This document shows, piece by piece, positions 16,901 to 26,696 of a DNA stretch of 29,716 bases. The notes under the pieces were generated by a model. The model did no database searches. It was not told the origin of the DNA and was given only the letters and a program-made list of their open reading frames with translations. The DNA comes from Candidatus Methylomirabilia bacterium (lineage in GTDB: Bacteria; Methylomirabilota; Methylomirabilia; Rokubacteriales; CSP1-6). A program made the position numbers and the translations under genes. The stretch is taken from assembly GCA_046758965.1 (NCBI GenBank), contig JBHIBG010000031.1, positions 1 to 29,716 on the forward strand, given 5' to 3'. Position 1 is the first letter of the stretch, and each line of letters starts with the position of its first letter.

Positions 16901-19258
16901 GTGGCCTATCGACCTCTGCAGGAACTCCTCGACGAGCTCCTCATCGCCCCCGACACGGGGCGCGCCATCACCACCACCCGTCACTTTCCCGCTCGCCCTG
17001 CCCTCTGGGCTCCGCTTCCCACCGCGCTCGATCCCCGGCTCGCCCGGGCGCTCGAGGCCCGTGGGATCTCCCAGCTCTACTCCCATCAGGCGCGGGCCGT
17101 CGAGCTGGTGGACAAGGGGCACTCGCTCGTCGTGGTGACACCCGCGGCATCGGGGAAAACACTCTGCTACAACCTCCCGGTGCTCCAGGCCCTGCTCCAG
17201 GATCCTGAAGCCCGGGCGCTCTACCTCTTCCCGACCAAGGCCCTGGCCCAGGATCAGTTGGCCGAACTCGAGGCGCTCGCTGCGGCCTTGCCTGGCCTCA
17301 AGATGTTCACCTACGATGGTGACACCCCGCAGGACGCGCGCCGGGCGGTCCGCGCCCGCGCCAACCTGGTGCTGACCAATCCCGACATGCTCCACTCCGG
17401 GATCCTCCCCCATCACACCAAGTGGCTGAACCTCTTCCAGAATCTCCGCTACGTGGTGATCGACGAACTCCACGCGTATCGGGGAGTTTTCGGGAGCCAT
17501 CTGGCAAACGTGTTGAGGCGGCTTAGGCGCATCTGCCATCACTACGGCTCTCGCCCGCAGTTCATCATGGCCTCCGCCACCATCGCCAACCCGCGGGAGC
17601 TGGCCGAGCGGCTCACGGGGGAGCCGGTGGAGGAGATCGCGGAGAACGGCGCCCCGGCCGGCGACAAGCTCTTCCTCTGCTACAACCCCCCGGTGGTCAA
17701 CCCGGAGCTCGGGATCCGGGCGCCCTACCTCGGCGAGGCGGCGCGCCTGGCCAGCCGGTTCCTCAGGGAGAAGATCGCCACGATTGTCTTCGCCCAGAGC
17801 CGGTTGGCCACCGAGGTTCTGCTCTCCACGATCAAGAAGAGCGTGGAGGATCGGACGGGAGACTCGGGGATCGTGCGAGGCTATCGTGGAGGCTACCTGC
17901 CGACGCGCCGCCGCGGCGTGGAGCAGGGCCTTCGCTCGGGGGAGGTGCTCGGCGTGGTCTCCACCAACGCCCTGGAGTTGGGGGTCGACATCGGCCATCT
18001 GGATCTGGCGGTGCTGGCCGGCTACCCAGGCACGATCGCCTCGGTCTGGCAGCAGGCGGGACGCGCCGGGCGTCGCAGCGGCGAGTCGGCGGCGGTCTTC
18101 GTCGCCTCGAGCGCCCCCCTTGACCAGTTCATGGTGACCCACCCGGACTACCTCTTCGGCACTCCCCCCGAACAGGCTCGGATTAACCCGGAAAATCCTT
18201 TCATTCTGGTGAACCACCTCAAGTGCGCCGCCTTCGAGCTCCCTTTCCAGGATGGCGAGCGCTTCGGGGAGCTGGATGTGAGCCGGCTCCTCCAGGCCCT
18301 GGGGGACGAGGGGTTGCTCCATCACGCCGGGGCGCACTGGCACTGGAGCTCGGAGTCGTACCCGGCCGATCACCTCTCGCTCCGGACCGTCAGCTCAGAC
18401 AACTTTGTCGTGATCGATACGACGGCGCGCGACGCCGATCAGAAGAAGCGCCGGCAGATCATCGCCGAGGTGGACTGGAAGAGCGCCTTCGCCATGATCT
18501 ACCCGAAGGCCATCTACCTCATGGAGGGGGAGCCCTTCGAGGTCCAGGAGCTTCACTACCGGGAGGACGAGGAGAAGGTCGCCTACGTCAAGCGGGTGGC
18601 CGTGGACTACTTCACCGACGCGATCAGCGCCAAGGGCGTGTGGATCCTCCAGCGCGAGAGTGAGCGGGTCGCTCCGGCGTGGCGGGCCGAGCAGGGAGAG
18701 CTGCTCGTGGCGGAGAAGGTGGTGGGCTTCAAGAAGATCAAGTTCGGCACCCTCGAGAATGTCGGTTCGGGCGAGGTGGAGCTTCCCCAGCAGGAGATGC
18801 AAACGGCGGGCTTCTGGATCACGGTGGAGCCAGGCCTGCTGGAGCGGATCTCACCGAACCGGGAAGAGGTGGTCGACGGGCTTCGGGGGCTGACGTATCT
18901 CCTCCACCGCTTGGCCCCGGTCTTCCTCCTCTGCGATATCCGGGACCTGGGCTCCTGGCTTGGCGACCAGACTCCAGCCGAACCCAAGGCCGTGGCCCTC
19001 CCCCAGTCCATCCGCGGCCGCCTGCTCCGGGCATCCGAGTTCACCCCGACGCTCTACCTCTACGACAACCACCCGGGCGGCATCGGGCTCGCCGAGCGGC
19101 TCTTCGAGGTGCTCTCCGACCTGCTTGGCCGGGGGCTCGAGACCCTGAAGAGCTGCCCGTGCCGCTGGGGCTGTCCTTCCTGCGTCGGCCCCGTGAACGA
19201 GGTGGGGCGCCGGGCCAAGATCACTGCTACGTCGATCCTCAAGCACCTGCTTGCCTAG
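16901..19258 (+). CDS. mrfA: DEAD/DEAH-box helicase with C-terminal DUF1998 (MrfA/YprA/SftH/Hrq1 family)
   Basis: LYSHQ, TPAASGKT, PTKALAQDQ, TNPDMLH, DELH, SATIANP, NALELGVDIG, QQAGRAGR, YDNHPGGIG and the four-Cys cluster CPCRWGCPSC. Confidence 0.9.
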   Translation: MAYRPLQELLDELLIAPDTGRAITTTRHFPARPALWAPLPTALDPRLARALEARGISQLYSHQARAVELVDKGHSLVVVTPAASGKTLCYNLPVLQALLQDPEARALYLFPTKALAQDQLAELEALAAALPGLKMFTYDGDTPQDARRAVRARANLVLTNPDMLHSGILPHHTKWLNLFQNLRYVVIDELHAYRGVFGSHLANVLRRLRRICHHYGSRPQFIMASATIANPRELAERLTGEPVEEIAENGAPAGDKLFLCYNPPVVNPELGIRAPYLGEAARLASRFLREKIATIVFAQSRLATEVLLSTIKKSVEDRTGDSGIVRGYRGGYLPTRRRGVEQGLRSGEVLGVVSTNALELGVDIGHLDLAVLAGYPGTIASVWQQAGRAGRRSGESAAVFVASSAPLDQFMVTHPDYLFGTPPEQARINPENPFILVNHLKCAAFELPFQDGERFGELDVSRLLQALGDEGLLHHAGAHWHWSSESYPADHLSLRTVSSDNFVVIDTTARDADQKKRRQIIAEVDWKSAFAMIYPKAIYLMEGEPFEVQELHYREDEEKVAYVKRVAVDYFTDAISAKGVWILQRESERVAPAWRAEQGELLVAEKVVGFKKIKFGTLENVGSGEVELPQQEMQTAGFWITVEPGLLERISPNREEVVDGLRGLTYLLHRLAPVFLLCDIRDLGSWLGDQTPAEPKAVALPQSIRGRLLRASEFTPTLYLYDNHPGGIGLAERLFEVLSDLLGRGLETLKSCPCRWGCPSCVGPVNEVGRRAKITATSILKHLLA

Positions 19259-19263
19259 TTTAG

Positions 19264-20487
19264 ATGGATTATCCGAGCGCGGAGCTTCGCCGGGTGGTCC
19301 GACGGGTGGGAGCCTCGTCCGTTGCGGCCCCGTCCCTCGAGCGCCTGGTGGGCGGCGCCGTTGTGGAGACCGCTCGGGGGCCGATCCTGGCCGTGCGTCG
19401 GGTCTACCACATCGAGCATCGGTATGGCGCGCTCTCCCTCAGGACGGCGCTCCAGGCGTCGGCAGAGGTTCTGAGCCTCGTCAGCCGCGGCGGAGAGGGA
19501 GCACCGGCTGCCGATCGGCTCCTCTACCTGGACACGGAGACCACCGGGCTGGCCGGAGGGACCGGCACTTACATCTTTCTCGTCGGTGCAGGGTTCTTCG
19601 CAGGTGAGACCTTCGTGGTCGAGCAGTACTTCATGCGGGACCTGGATGAGGAGCCGGCGCTCCTCGCTGCCTTGGAGGCCTTGCTGCCGCGCTTTCAGGG
19701 GTTGGTCACTTACAACGGGAGGGCCTTCGACCTCTCCCTGCTGGAGACACGCTTCATTCTCTCCCGCCGGGCCTGGCCCACCGACCTCTGGCAGCTGGAT
19801 CTCCTGCACCCGGCCCGCCGACTCTGGGGAATTCGGCTTCCCGACTGTCGCCTCGTCACACTGGAGGCGGAGGTGCTCGGCTGGAAGCGCCGGGATGATG
19901 TGCCGGGCTCGTTGATCCCCGCGCTCTACTTCGAATACCTCCGTCGCCGGCAGCTGGGAGCCCTCCCGCGGGTCTTTGATCATAACCGGCAGGACGTGCT
20001 GTCACTCGTGGCGCTGACGGGCTGGGTGGCGCGCGCGCTGAGCGAGCCGGAGGGGCTTCATCTCTCCGGCGCGGAATACGGCGGATTGGGACGGCTCTGG
20101 GAGCCCCGGAGCTGCGAGCGGGCCCGCCACTGCTACCGGGCAGCCCTGCACCGTGAGCTCCCGACCCGGGAGCGGGAGCGGCTACTCCTCAGGCTCGCCG
20201 CCCTCGCCAAACGGCGTGCTCGCTGGGAGGAGGCTTGCGCCCTGTGGGAGACAGCGATCGCCGGGACGGGGGAGTTCAACATCAGGCCGTGGGAGGAGCT
20301 GGCCAAGTACTATGAGCACGCGAGGCGGGACATTCCTGTCGCTCGCCGAGTGGTCACCGACGCCCTGAGCCGTGCTCAGGCTGACGGCGCCCGCCCGGTG
20401 GCCCTCCACGCCCTGACGCGCCGCCTCGCTCGCCTCACCCGCCGGCTTGCGCGGGTGGCTGGGTCTGAGTCGGACCCTCGGCATTGA
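19264..20487 (+). CDS. mrfB: RNase H-like DEDD exonuclease with C-terminal TPR region (MrfB/YprB family)
   Basis: YLDTETTGLAGGTGT, TYNGRAFD, DLLHPARRLW, HNRQDVLSL, ELAKYYEH. Starts 5 nt after the DUF1998 helicase. Confidence 0.85.
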   Translation: MDYPSAELRRVVRRVGASSVAAPSLERLVGGAVVETARGPILAVRRVYHIEHRYGALSLRTALQASAEVLSLVSRGGEGAPAADRLLYLDTETTGLAGGTGTYIFLVGAGFFAGETFVVEQYFMRDLDEEPALLAALEALLPRFQGLVTYNGRAFDLSLLETRFILSRRAWPTDLWQLDLLHPARRLWGIRLPDCRLVTLEAEVLGWKRRDDVPGSLIPALYFEYLRRRQLGALPRVFDHNRQDVLSLVALTGWVARALSEPEGLHLSGAEYGGLGRLWEPRSCERARHCYRAALHRELPTRERERLLLRLAALAKRRARWEEACALWETAIAGTGEFNIRPWEELAKYYEHARRDIPVARRVVTDALSRAQADGARPVALHALTRRLARLTRRLARVAGSESDPRH

Positions 20488-20519
20488 GGGGCGAAGAGCT
20501 CTCGGCCAGGTGTGCCGCT

Positions 20520-21506
20520 TCAGGGGGCGCGCTGAGGGAGCACCTCAGGATTCACCGGCGTGGGGGGGGTCCTGCCTTCGAGGATAGCGAGGCAGTTCTC
20601 CACCGCCAGCGTCATCATCCGAAGCCGAGTCTGGTGTGAGGCGCTGGCGATGTGGGGGGCCAGCACGACGTTGCTGAGGGGGAGGAGCCCGGGATGGACC
20701 CGCGGCTCCTCCTCGTAGACGTCGAGACCAGCCCCCGCGATCCAGCCCTCAGTGAGCGCCTGGACCAACGCGGCCTCGTTGACGATGGGCCCGCGCGCGG
20801 CATTGATGAGGTAGGCGGTCGGCTTCATCAGCTTGAGCTCTGGCGCGTCGATCAGGTGGCGGGTCTCCGGCAACAGGGGGGTGTGGACGGTCACGAAATC
20901 TGAGTCGCGAAGCAGCGTGGCCTTGTCTACCCAAGTGACGCCCAACTCCTGTTCGGTCGCCTGGTCCGCCCTCACGGCGTCGTGGTAGAGGATCCGCATG
21001 TTGAAACCGCGGGCGCGCCGAGCTACGGCCCGGCCGATCCGGCCGAACCCGAGGATCCCCAGGGTTTGACCGTGGATATCCCTCCCCAGCAGGAGCATCA
21101 GCTCCCACTGGGTGAACTTCCCGGCCCGGACATACTGGTCCGCCTCCGCCACGCGCCGGGCCACGGCCATCAGGAGCGCCCAGGCGAAGTCCGCCGTGGT
21201 CTCGGTCAGCACCTCAGGGGTATTGGTGACCGCGATTCCTCTGGCGGTAGCCGCGGCGACATCGATATTGTTGAAGCCCACCGCCACGTTGGCGACCACC
21301 CGGAGGCGGGGCGCCGCCTCGAGCACCTCCGCGTCGATGGCGTCGGTGATCAGGCAGACCAGGCCGTCCTTGTCCTTGACGCGTTGCATGAGGTCACGTT
21401 TGGGGAGGGGCTGGGTTCCGGTGTGAACGTCGACGCGAGCTGCCCGTCTCGCCATGGCCAGCGCCTCCTCGAGGAGCTGGCTTGAGATGAGGATTTCAGG
21501 TTTCAT
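20520..21506 (-). CDS. D-2-hydroxyacid dehydrogenase (glyoxylate/hydroxypyruvate reductase-like)
   Basis: [21 protein letters not shown], Rossmann [35 protein letters not shown] before ATG 21506. Confidence 0.93.
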   Translation of the reverse strand: MKPEILISSQLLEEALAMARRAARVDVHTGTQPLPKRDLMQRVKDKDGLVCLITDAIDAEVLEAAPRLRVVANVAVGFNNIDVAAATARGIAVTNTPEVLTETTADFAWALLMAVARRVAEADQYVRAGKFTQWELMLLLGRDIHGQTLGILGFGRIGRAVARRARGFNMRILYHDAVRADQATEQELGVTWVDKATLLRDSDFVTVHTPLLPETRHLIDAPELKLMKPTAYLINAARGPIVNEAALVQALTEGWIAGAGLDVYEEEPRVHPGLLPLSNVVLAPHIASASHQTRLRMMTLAVENCLAILEGRTPPTPVNPEVLPQRAP

Positions 21507-21590
21507 CCGGCACCTCCTGTGCGCCCGGGCCGCTCTCATTATGGGTCAGGCTGTCACCTGATGAAAGGGGCATTCCCTGAGAATGGGGGC

Positions 21591-21619
21591 TTGCCCCGTA
21601 CCGGTCAAGTCGCTACCCT
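21591..21619 (+). promoter_or_regulatory. Possible sigma70 promoter for the MaoC-CitE pair
   Basis: TTGCCC, 17-nt spacer, TACCCT. A CTCTCCCC/GGGGAGAG hairpin follows in the presumed 5' UTR. Confidence 0.35.
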
Positions 21620-21692
21620 AGGGGTGGCCGAAGCCAGGAGGCGGATCGGAACCTCTCCCCCGAGAAAAGGGGAGAGTTGCGGGGAGCGGTCA

Positions 21693-22157
21693 ATGGCGGG
21701 GAAACTGTTCGAGGAGCTTGAACCGGGGCAGCTGTTCCAGCACCAGCCCGGGCGCACCGTCACCGAGGCGGACAATGTCTTCTTCACCTGTCTGACCATG
21801 AACCCGCAGCCGCTCCATATCGACTTTGAGGCGGCTTCAAAGGCTGAGTTTGGGAGGCCCTTGGTGAACAGCCTCCTGACGCTCGGGATTGCGGTGGGGC
21901 TCTCGGTCGGGGAGACGACGCTCGGGACGACGGTGGGGAACCTGGGCTTCGAGAAGATCGAATTTCCCAAGCCGGTCTTCCACGGCGACACGATCTACGC
22001 CGAGACCGAGGTGGTCGAAAAGCGGGAGTCCCGCTCCCGTCCGCAGTGGGGAATTGTGATCTTCGAGCACCGGGCCAAGAACCAAAAGGGCGAGATCGTC
22101 ATGCGCTGTCGCCGCGCGGCGATGATGCGCCGGAAGATTGCCGGACCCTCGGCATGA
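21693..22157 (+). CDS. MaoC-family (hot-dog fold) acyl-CoA dehydratase/hydratase
   Basis: [34 protein letters not shown]...[27 protein letters not shown] overlap with the next gene. Confidence 0.9.
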   Translation: MAGKLFEELEPGQLFQHQPGRTVTEADNVFFTCLTMNPQPLHIDFEAASKAEFGRPLVNSLLTLGIAVGLSVGETTLGTTVGNLGFEKIEFPKPVFHGDTIYAETEVVEKRESRSRPQWGIVIFEHRAKNQKGEIVMRCRRAAMMRRKIAGPSA

Positions 22158-23050
22158 CCACTCGGCTCAGGCGCTCGCTCCACTTTGTCCCCGGCGGCAA
22201 CGAGCGGATGATGGCGAAGGCCCTCACCCTGCCCGCTGACGGCCTGATCCTGGACCTCGAAGACGCGGTCACGGTGGAAAAAAAGGCCGAGGCTCGGGGG
22301 ATCGTGCTCCGGTGGCTCCAGACGGAGGATTTCGGGACGAGGGAGCGGTGGATCCGCATGAACCCTCTGGCGACAGGTTTCGGAGAGGTGGATCTGGAGG
22401 AGACTCTCCAGGGGCGTCCGGACGGGTACGTGGTCCCGAAGCCCCGGACGGCTGCTGACATTCGGGCGGTCGCACAGATCCTCGACCGGCTCGAGGAAAA
22501 GCACGCCGTTCCGCACGGGTCAACGAAGCTTGTTCCCATCGCCACCGAGACGCCGGAGGGGCTTTTGAACATCGCCGAGATCGCCAAGGCGAGCCCGCGC
22601 ATCGTCGCGGTCTCCTGGGGCGTGGAAGACCTGTCGGCGGCGATGGGATTGCCGCGGACCCGCGGTGCCAACGGTCGGTACCTTGACATCCCGCGCTACG
22701 CTCGGGTGATGTGCGCCGTGGCAGCCGGCGCCGCGGGGGTGGAGGCGATCGATACGGTCTTTACCGACATCCGCGACCTGGACGGCCTGAGAGCTGAAAG
22801 CCAGGAGGCGGTCTGGATGGGGTATGCGGGGAAAATCTCCATCCACCCTGGCCAGCTCGATGTCATCAATGCGGTCTTCACGCCCTCGCGGGAGGAAGCC
22901 CAGGAGGCCCAGGAGCTGATCGCCGCCTTCGAGGAGCACCGGCAGCAGGGGAGCGGCGCGTTTGCCTTCAGGGGGCAGATGGTGGACATGCCGCACCTGA
23001 CGCGCGCGAGAAGGATCCTCGATCGTGCCCGGCTGGCCGGAGCCTGCTGA
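22154..23050 (+). CDS. CitE-like / HpcH-HpaI CoA-ester lyase (citramalyl-/malyl-CoA lyase family)
   Basis: [52 protein letters not shown]. Confidence 0.92.
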   Translation: MTTRLRRSLHFVPGGNERMMAKALTLPADGLILDLEDAVTVEKKAEARGIVLRWLQTEDFGTRERWIRMNPLATGFGEVDLEETLQGRPDGYVVPKPRTAADIRAVAQILDRLEEKHAVPHGSTKLVPIATETPEGLLNIAEIAKASPRIVAVSWGVEDLSAAMGLPRTRGANGRYLDIPRYARVMCAVAAGAAGVEAIDTVFTDIRDLDGLRAESQEAVWMGYAGKISIHPGQLDVINAVFTPSREEAQEAQELIAAFEEHRQQGSGAFAFRGQMVDMPHLTRARRILDRARLAGAC

Positions 23051-23145
23051 TGGCTGACACGCGGAGCGTGTGAGCCCGGGACGTGTCGAGGCTCCCTGGG
23101 AGAAGGGGGCGCTGGTCTGCAAGGGCCCGGTCGGTCAGCACGGCG

Positions 23146-24348
23146 CTAGATCGCGCCAGATGCCCGGAACCGCTCTCGGTCGACCGCGGGGTAGTCGAGC
23201 TCCGTCAGGATCTCTGTCGTATGCTGACCGAGGAGCGGGGCGGGCCGGCGGATCGCCCCCGGCGTTTGGGAGAGCTTGATCGGTATTCCGAGGACTCGCA
23301 TCGAGCCCGCCGCGGGATGCGCGACCTCTACTGCCATCCGGCGATGGAGGACCTGGGGATCGGCAAAGACTTGGTTGTAGGTGTAGATAGGTCCGGCGGG
23401 GATCCCCTCCGCTTCCAGCTGCTCGAGCCAATGTGCGCTTGGCTCCTGCTCCAGCCGCTCTTGGAGGAGCTGGGCCAGCTCCTTGCGGCGGCTTACCCGG
23501 TCGGGATTGGTGGCGAACCTGGGATCGTCTGCCAGCTGCGGGAGCCCGAGGATCCGACAGAGACGCGGCCAGAAGTGCTGTGCCGCGCCGCCCACGGTGA
23601 TCCAGCCGTCCTTGGTGCGGAAGGCCTGGTAAGGGGCGCTGGTCCGGTGGCCCGGACCAAGCCGCGGGGGGACCTCTCCCGTGGCGAAGTACGTGGAGGT
23701 CTCGTAGACGGCAAACGCGATGGGGGTCTCGAGCAGGGAGGTGTCCACCCACTGGCCCCGGCCCGTCTGCTCCCGTGCGGCCAGGGCGGCGAGGATCCCG
23801 ATGGTGGCGAACATCCCGGCGCCGATGTCGCTGATGGGAGGGGGAACGCGGAGCGGCGGGCCGTCCTCCTCGCCGTTGACAGACATGAGCCCCGACATCC
23901 CCTGGGCGACCAGGTCGAAGCCGCCGCGCCCGCTGTAGGGCCCGGTCTGACCGAAGCCGGAGATCGAGCAGTAGATGATCCGGGGGTTCCGTTCACTCAC
24001 CGCCTCGTACCCGATCCCGAGCCGGTCGAGAGTCCCCGGCTTCATATTTTCGAGCAGGACGTCGGCCCGGTCGATCAGCCTGAGGGCGATCCCGCGCCCC
24101 TCGGATTTTTTCATGTTCAGGGCGAGGCTTCGCTTGTTACGGTTGAACGTCATGAACGGGGCGCTCTGGCCGTTGACAAAGGGAGGCATGTTCCGCGCCT
24201 CGTCACCGCCCTCGGGGCGCTCCACTTTGATCACGTCAGCCCCCAGGTCACCCAAGAGCATGGAGCAGTAGGGTCCCGAGAGATGGGTGGAAAAATCGAC
24301 GACGCGGAGACCGTCGAGGGGAGGTGGAGCGGCTGATGACGAGGCCAC
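23146..24348 (-). CDS. Class III CoA transferase (CaiB/BaiF family)
   Basis: PLDGLRVVD, GPYCSMLLGDLGADVIKVE, NRNKRS, ISGFGQTGP, GFDLVAQGMSGLM (catalytic Asp), APLLGQHT. Confidence 0.95.
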   Translation of the reverse strand: MASSSAAPPPLDGLRVVDFSTHLSGPYCSMLLGDLGADVIKVERPEGGDEARNMPPFVNGQSAPFMTFNRNKRSLALNMKKSEGRGIALRLIDRADVLLENMKPGTLDRLGIGYEAVSERNPRIIYCSISGFGQTGPYSGRGGFDLVAQGMSGLMSVNGEEDGPPLRVPPPISDIGAGMFATIGILAALAAREQTGRGQWVDTSLLETPIAFAVYETSTYFATGEVPPRLGPGHRTSAPYQAFRTKDGWITVGGAAQHFWPRLCRILGLPQLADDPRFATNPDRVSRRKELAQLLQERLEQEPSAHWLEQLEAEGIPAGPIYTYNQVFADPQVLHRRMAVEVAHPAAGSMRVLGIPIKLSQTPGAIRRPAPLLGQHTTEILTELDYPAVDRERFRASGAI

Positions 24349-25298
24349 GGCGGCAGTCTAGAGAGTCCCGTTCGAGGCGTCAAGTCCGCCCCGTCATTAC
24401 CGCCATCCTCATCGCGATCGGGCTTGGGACGCTACTCGCTGGGTCGATCTCCGAGCCTGCCACCGAGGCCGAGCTCCAGGGCGGCCGGGAGGTCTATGCC
24501 AAGCGCTGCGCCGCCTGCCACGGCGCCGAGGGCAAGGGCGATGGCCCCGCCGGCGTCGCCCTGCCCATCAAGCCTTCGGACCTGACCGATGGGCGGGTGA
24601 TGAACCCCCTGCCAGACCACTTCCTCGCCACGATCATCCGGGAGGGGGGAGAGGCCGTAGGGCTCTCCCCTCTCATGCCGGCGTGGAAGGTTCTCTCTCC
24701 CACGGAGACCGACAACGTGATCGCCTACATGCGCACGCTTGCCGACCCTCCCTACCTGCCCCAGCAGGTCCTGCCGGTGCCGAGGCAGCGCGAGGGGCCC
24801 GAGCAGCCGATCTTCTTCAGCCATCTGATCCATGCCGGATCGTACAAGATCGACTGCCAGTACTGCCATGCCGGCGCCCGAAGGAGCATCGCGGCGGGGA
24901 TCCCTTCGGTTGAGCGATGCATGGGGTGCCACAAGATCGTCGCCGCGCTGGGGAACCCCGAGGTCACGAAGCTCCACGGCTACTGGCAGCGGCAGGAACC
25001 GATCCCGTGGGTGCGCGTGTTCAAGCTCCCCGAGTACGTCTACTTTCCGCACAAGGCCCATATCCGCGCCAATGTCCGGTGCCAGACGTGCCACGGGCGG
25101 ATCGAGGCCATGGAGCGCGTTCACGCACAGACCGGGTGGAAGATCCTGAACGACCTGGCGAACCTGACAGGCCTGGCGCTCGCGGGCCTGGCAGCGCCGC
25201 CCCCTCTCACCATGGGGTGGTGTGTGGAGTGCCACAGCTCGACGAACGCGACCCAGAAGACCAGCGCCCCGTCGGAGTGCATGAGCTGCCACCACTGA
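24336..25298 (+). CDS. Six-haem cytochrome c: N-terminal class I monohaem domain plus ActA-like pentahaem domain
   Basis: Hydrophobic N-terminal anchor; CAACH with distal LMPAW; then QPIFFSHLIH, CQYCH, CMGCH, PIPWVRVFKLPEYVYFPHKAH, CQTCHG, MGWCVECH and CMSCH. Start uncertain (24336 ATG with GGAG RBS, or 24324 GTG). Confidence 0.88.
   Translation: MTRPRRQSRESRSRRQVRPVITAILIAIGLGTLLAGSISEPATEAELQGGREVYAKRCAACHGAEGKGDGPAGVALPIKPSDLTDGRVMNPLPDHFLATIIREGGEAVGLSPLMPAWKVLSPTETDNVIAYMRTLADPPYLPQQVLPVPRQREGPEQPIFFSHLIHAGSYKIDCQYCHAGARRSIAAGIPSVERCMGCHKIVAALGNPEVTKLHGYWQRQEPIPWVRVFKLPEYVYFPHKAHIRANVRCQTCHGRIEAMERVHAQTGWKILNDLANLTGLALAGLAAPPPLTMGWCVECHSSTNATQKTSAPSECMSCHH
24355..24383 (-). promoter_or_regulatory. 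Putative sigma70 promoter giving a leaderless CoA-transferase mRNA
   Basis: Minus strand: TTGACG, 17-nt spacer, TAGACT, 6 nt, GTG start. No Shine-Dalgarno. Confidence 0.6.
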
Positions 25299-25327
25299 AG
25301 GGTCGCGGGCGGGCGCCGCGTGACCCG

Positions 25328-26686
25328 CTAGGCCCTGAGGATCGCTGTCAGGCTGCGGAGGTCGGGGCAGCCTTCAAGGGTCTCGAGCATCTCCGCCACG
25401 CTCTCCACCCGATCCTTCGAGAGGACCACTCCGGCGCACTCCTCAAACTTCCCCCGGAGCGCCTCCGGCGACAGAGACGCGCCGGGATGGCCAGGAACCT
25501 CTCGGGGCGCGACCCTGAAGCTGCGCCCATCCGTCAACGTCACGCTCACCCGACTCCAGGCGTGGCGCTCACGGTCTCCGGGGACCGTCGGGTCCACCAC
25601 CATCCGCACCTTGCCCATCATGGAGCGAATGTCCGGGTGGGCGGGCCTCTCGTCGGTGAAGGTCCGGATCCCCACCCGGCCGTCCACCAGCGCGGCGGCC
25701 GCGCAGAACTCCATGGAGAACTTCCCTTCCAGCCCGGTCTGCGGGGCGTGGTGGATGAGGACGTTCGGGACGATGGCGTTGACGCCGACCTCGACGGCCG
25801 CCACCCGCTCGGGGCGGATCCCGTGGGTGGCGCGGAGCTCCAGGAGAGCATCGATCGCGGAGTGCGTGAGGGCGCAACTCGGGTAAGGCTTCACCGCCAC
25901 CCCGCTCGTGAGGATCTTCCAGGGAGCCCCGAGCCGCTCGGCGGCTTGGGTGAGATCGGCTGTCTCGCCCCCCAGGACCCGTGCCCACCCTTGAGGCCCC
26001 TCCAGCGCGATCTCCGAGGCCGTGAAGCCGCCCCCGGCCAGGAGGGCGGCGAGCACGCCTCCGCGCGCCGCATGCCCCGCGTGGAACGGTTTCGTCATGG
26101 TGCCGAAATTCTCCTTGAGCCCCGAAGCCTGGGAAGCCGCAATGGCCAGGGCGTGTCGGGTCTCGGCGACCGGGAGCCCGAGGAGCTTCGCAGCGGCGGC
26201 CGCCGCGCCGAGAGCGCCGAGGGTCGACGTCGCGTGCCAGCCCCGCTCGTAGTGACCCGGGTTCACCGCTTCTCCCAGCGAGGTCTCCACCTCGAAGCCC
26301 AGGAGGAAAGCGTGGAGGAGCCCCCTGCCCTCTGCCAGGGCCAGCTCGCCGGCCGCGAGCGCCGCCGCCAGCACCGGTACGCTCGGGTGGCCCATCATGG
26401 CGAAGTTGGTATCGTCGAAGTCCAAGGCGTGGCCTGCGGTGCCGTTGGCCAAAGCGGCCCAGACCCCGCCGGTGCGGATCCGCGTGCCGAGGATGGTGCA
26501 GAGGGGCGCTCCTCCTTCCGCCTCGGCGAGGCGCTGGACGATGCGCGCGGGGGGTTCAGTCGAGCCCACCAGCATGACTCCCACGCTATCGAGGATCGCG
26601 CGCCTGGCCTCTTCCAGGGCGGCTGCCGGCAGCTCCTCCCAGCGGGACTTGACGACGAACTCGGCGAAGCGAGCCGTGGCGCCCAT
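25328..26686 (-). CDS. MmgE/PrpD family protein
   Basis: AALANGTAGHALDFDD, HPS, GWHATST, TKPFHAG, KPYPSC..TH, GKFS. Start ATG at 26686; the ORF-track start at 26845 is an over-extension. Confidence 0.93.
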   Translation of the reverse strand: MGATARFAEFVVKSRWEELPAAALEEARRAILDSVGVMLVGSTEPPARIVQRLAEAEGGAPLCTILGTRIRTGGVWAALANGTAGHALDFDDTNFAMMGHPSVPVLAAALAAGELALAEGRGLLHAFLLGFEVETSLGEAVNPGHYERGWHATSTLGALGAAAAAAKLLGLPVAETRHALAIAASQASGLKENFGTMTKPFHAGHAARGGVLAALLAGGGFTASEIALEGPQGWARVLGGETADLTQAAERLGAPWKILTSGVAVKPYPSCALTHSAIDALLELRATHGIRPERVAAVEVGVNAIVPNVLIHHAPQTGLEGKFSMEFCAAAALVDGRVGIRTFTDERPAHPDIRSMMGKVRMVVDPTVPGDRERHAWSRVSVTLTDGRSFRVAPREVPGHPGASLSPEALRGKFEECAGVVLSKDRVESVAEMLETLEGCPDLRSLTAILRA

Positions 26687-26696
26687 AGGAGTCCCC

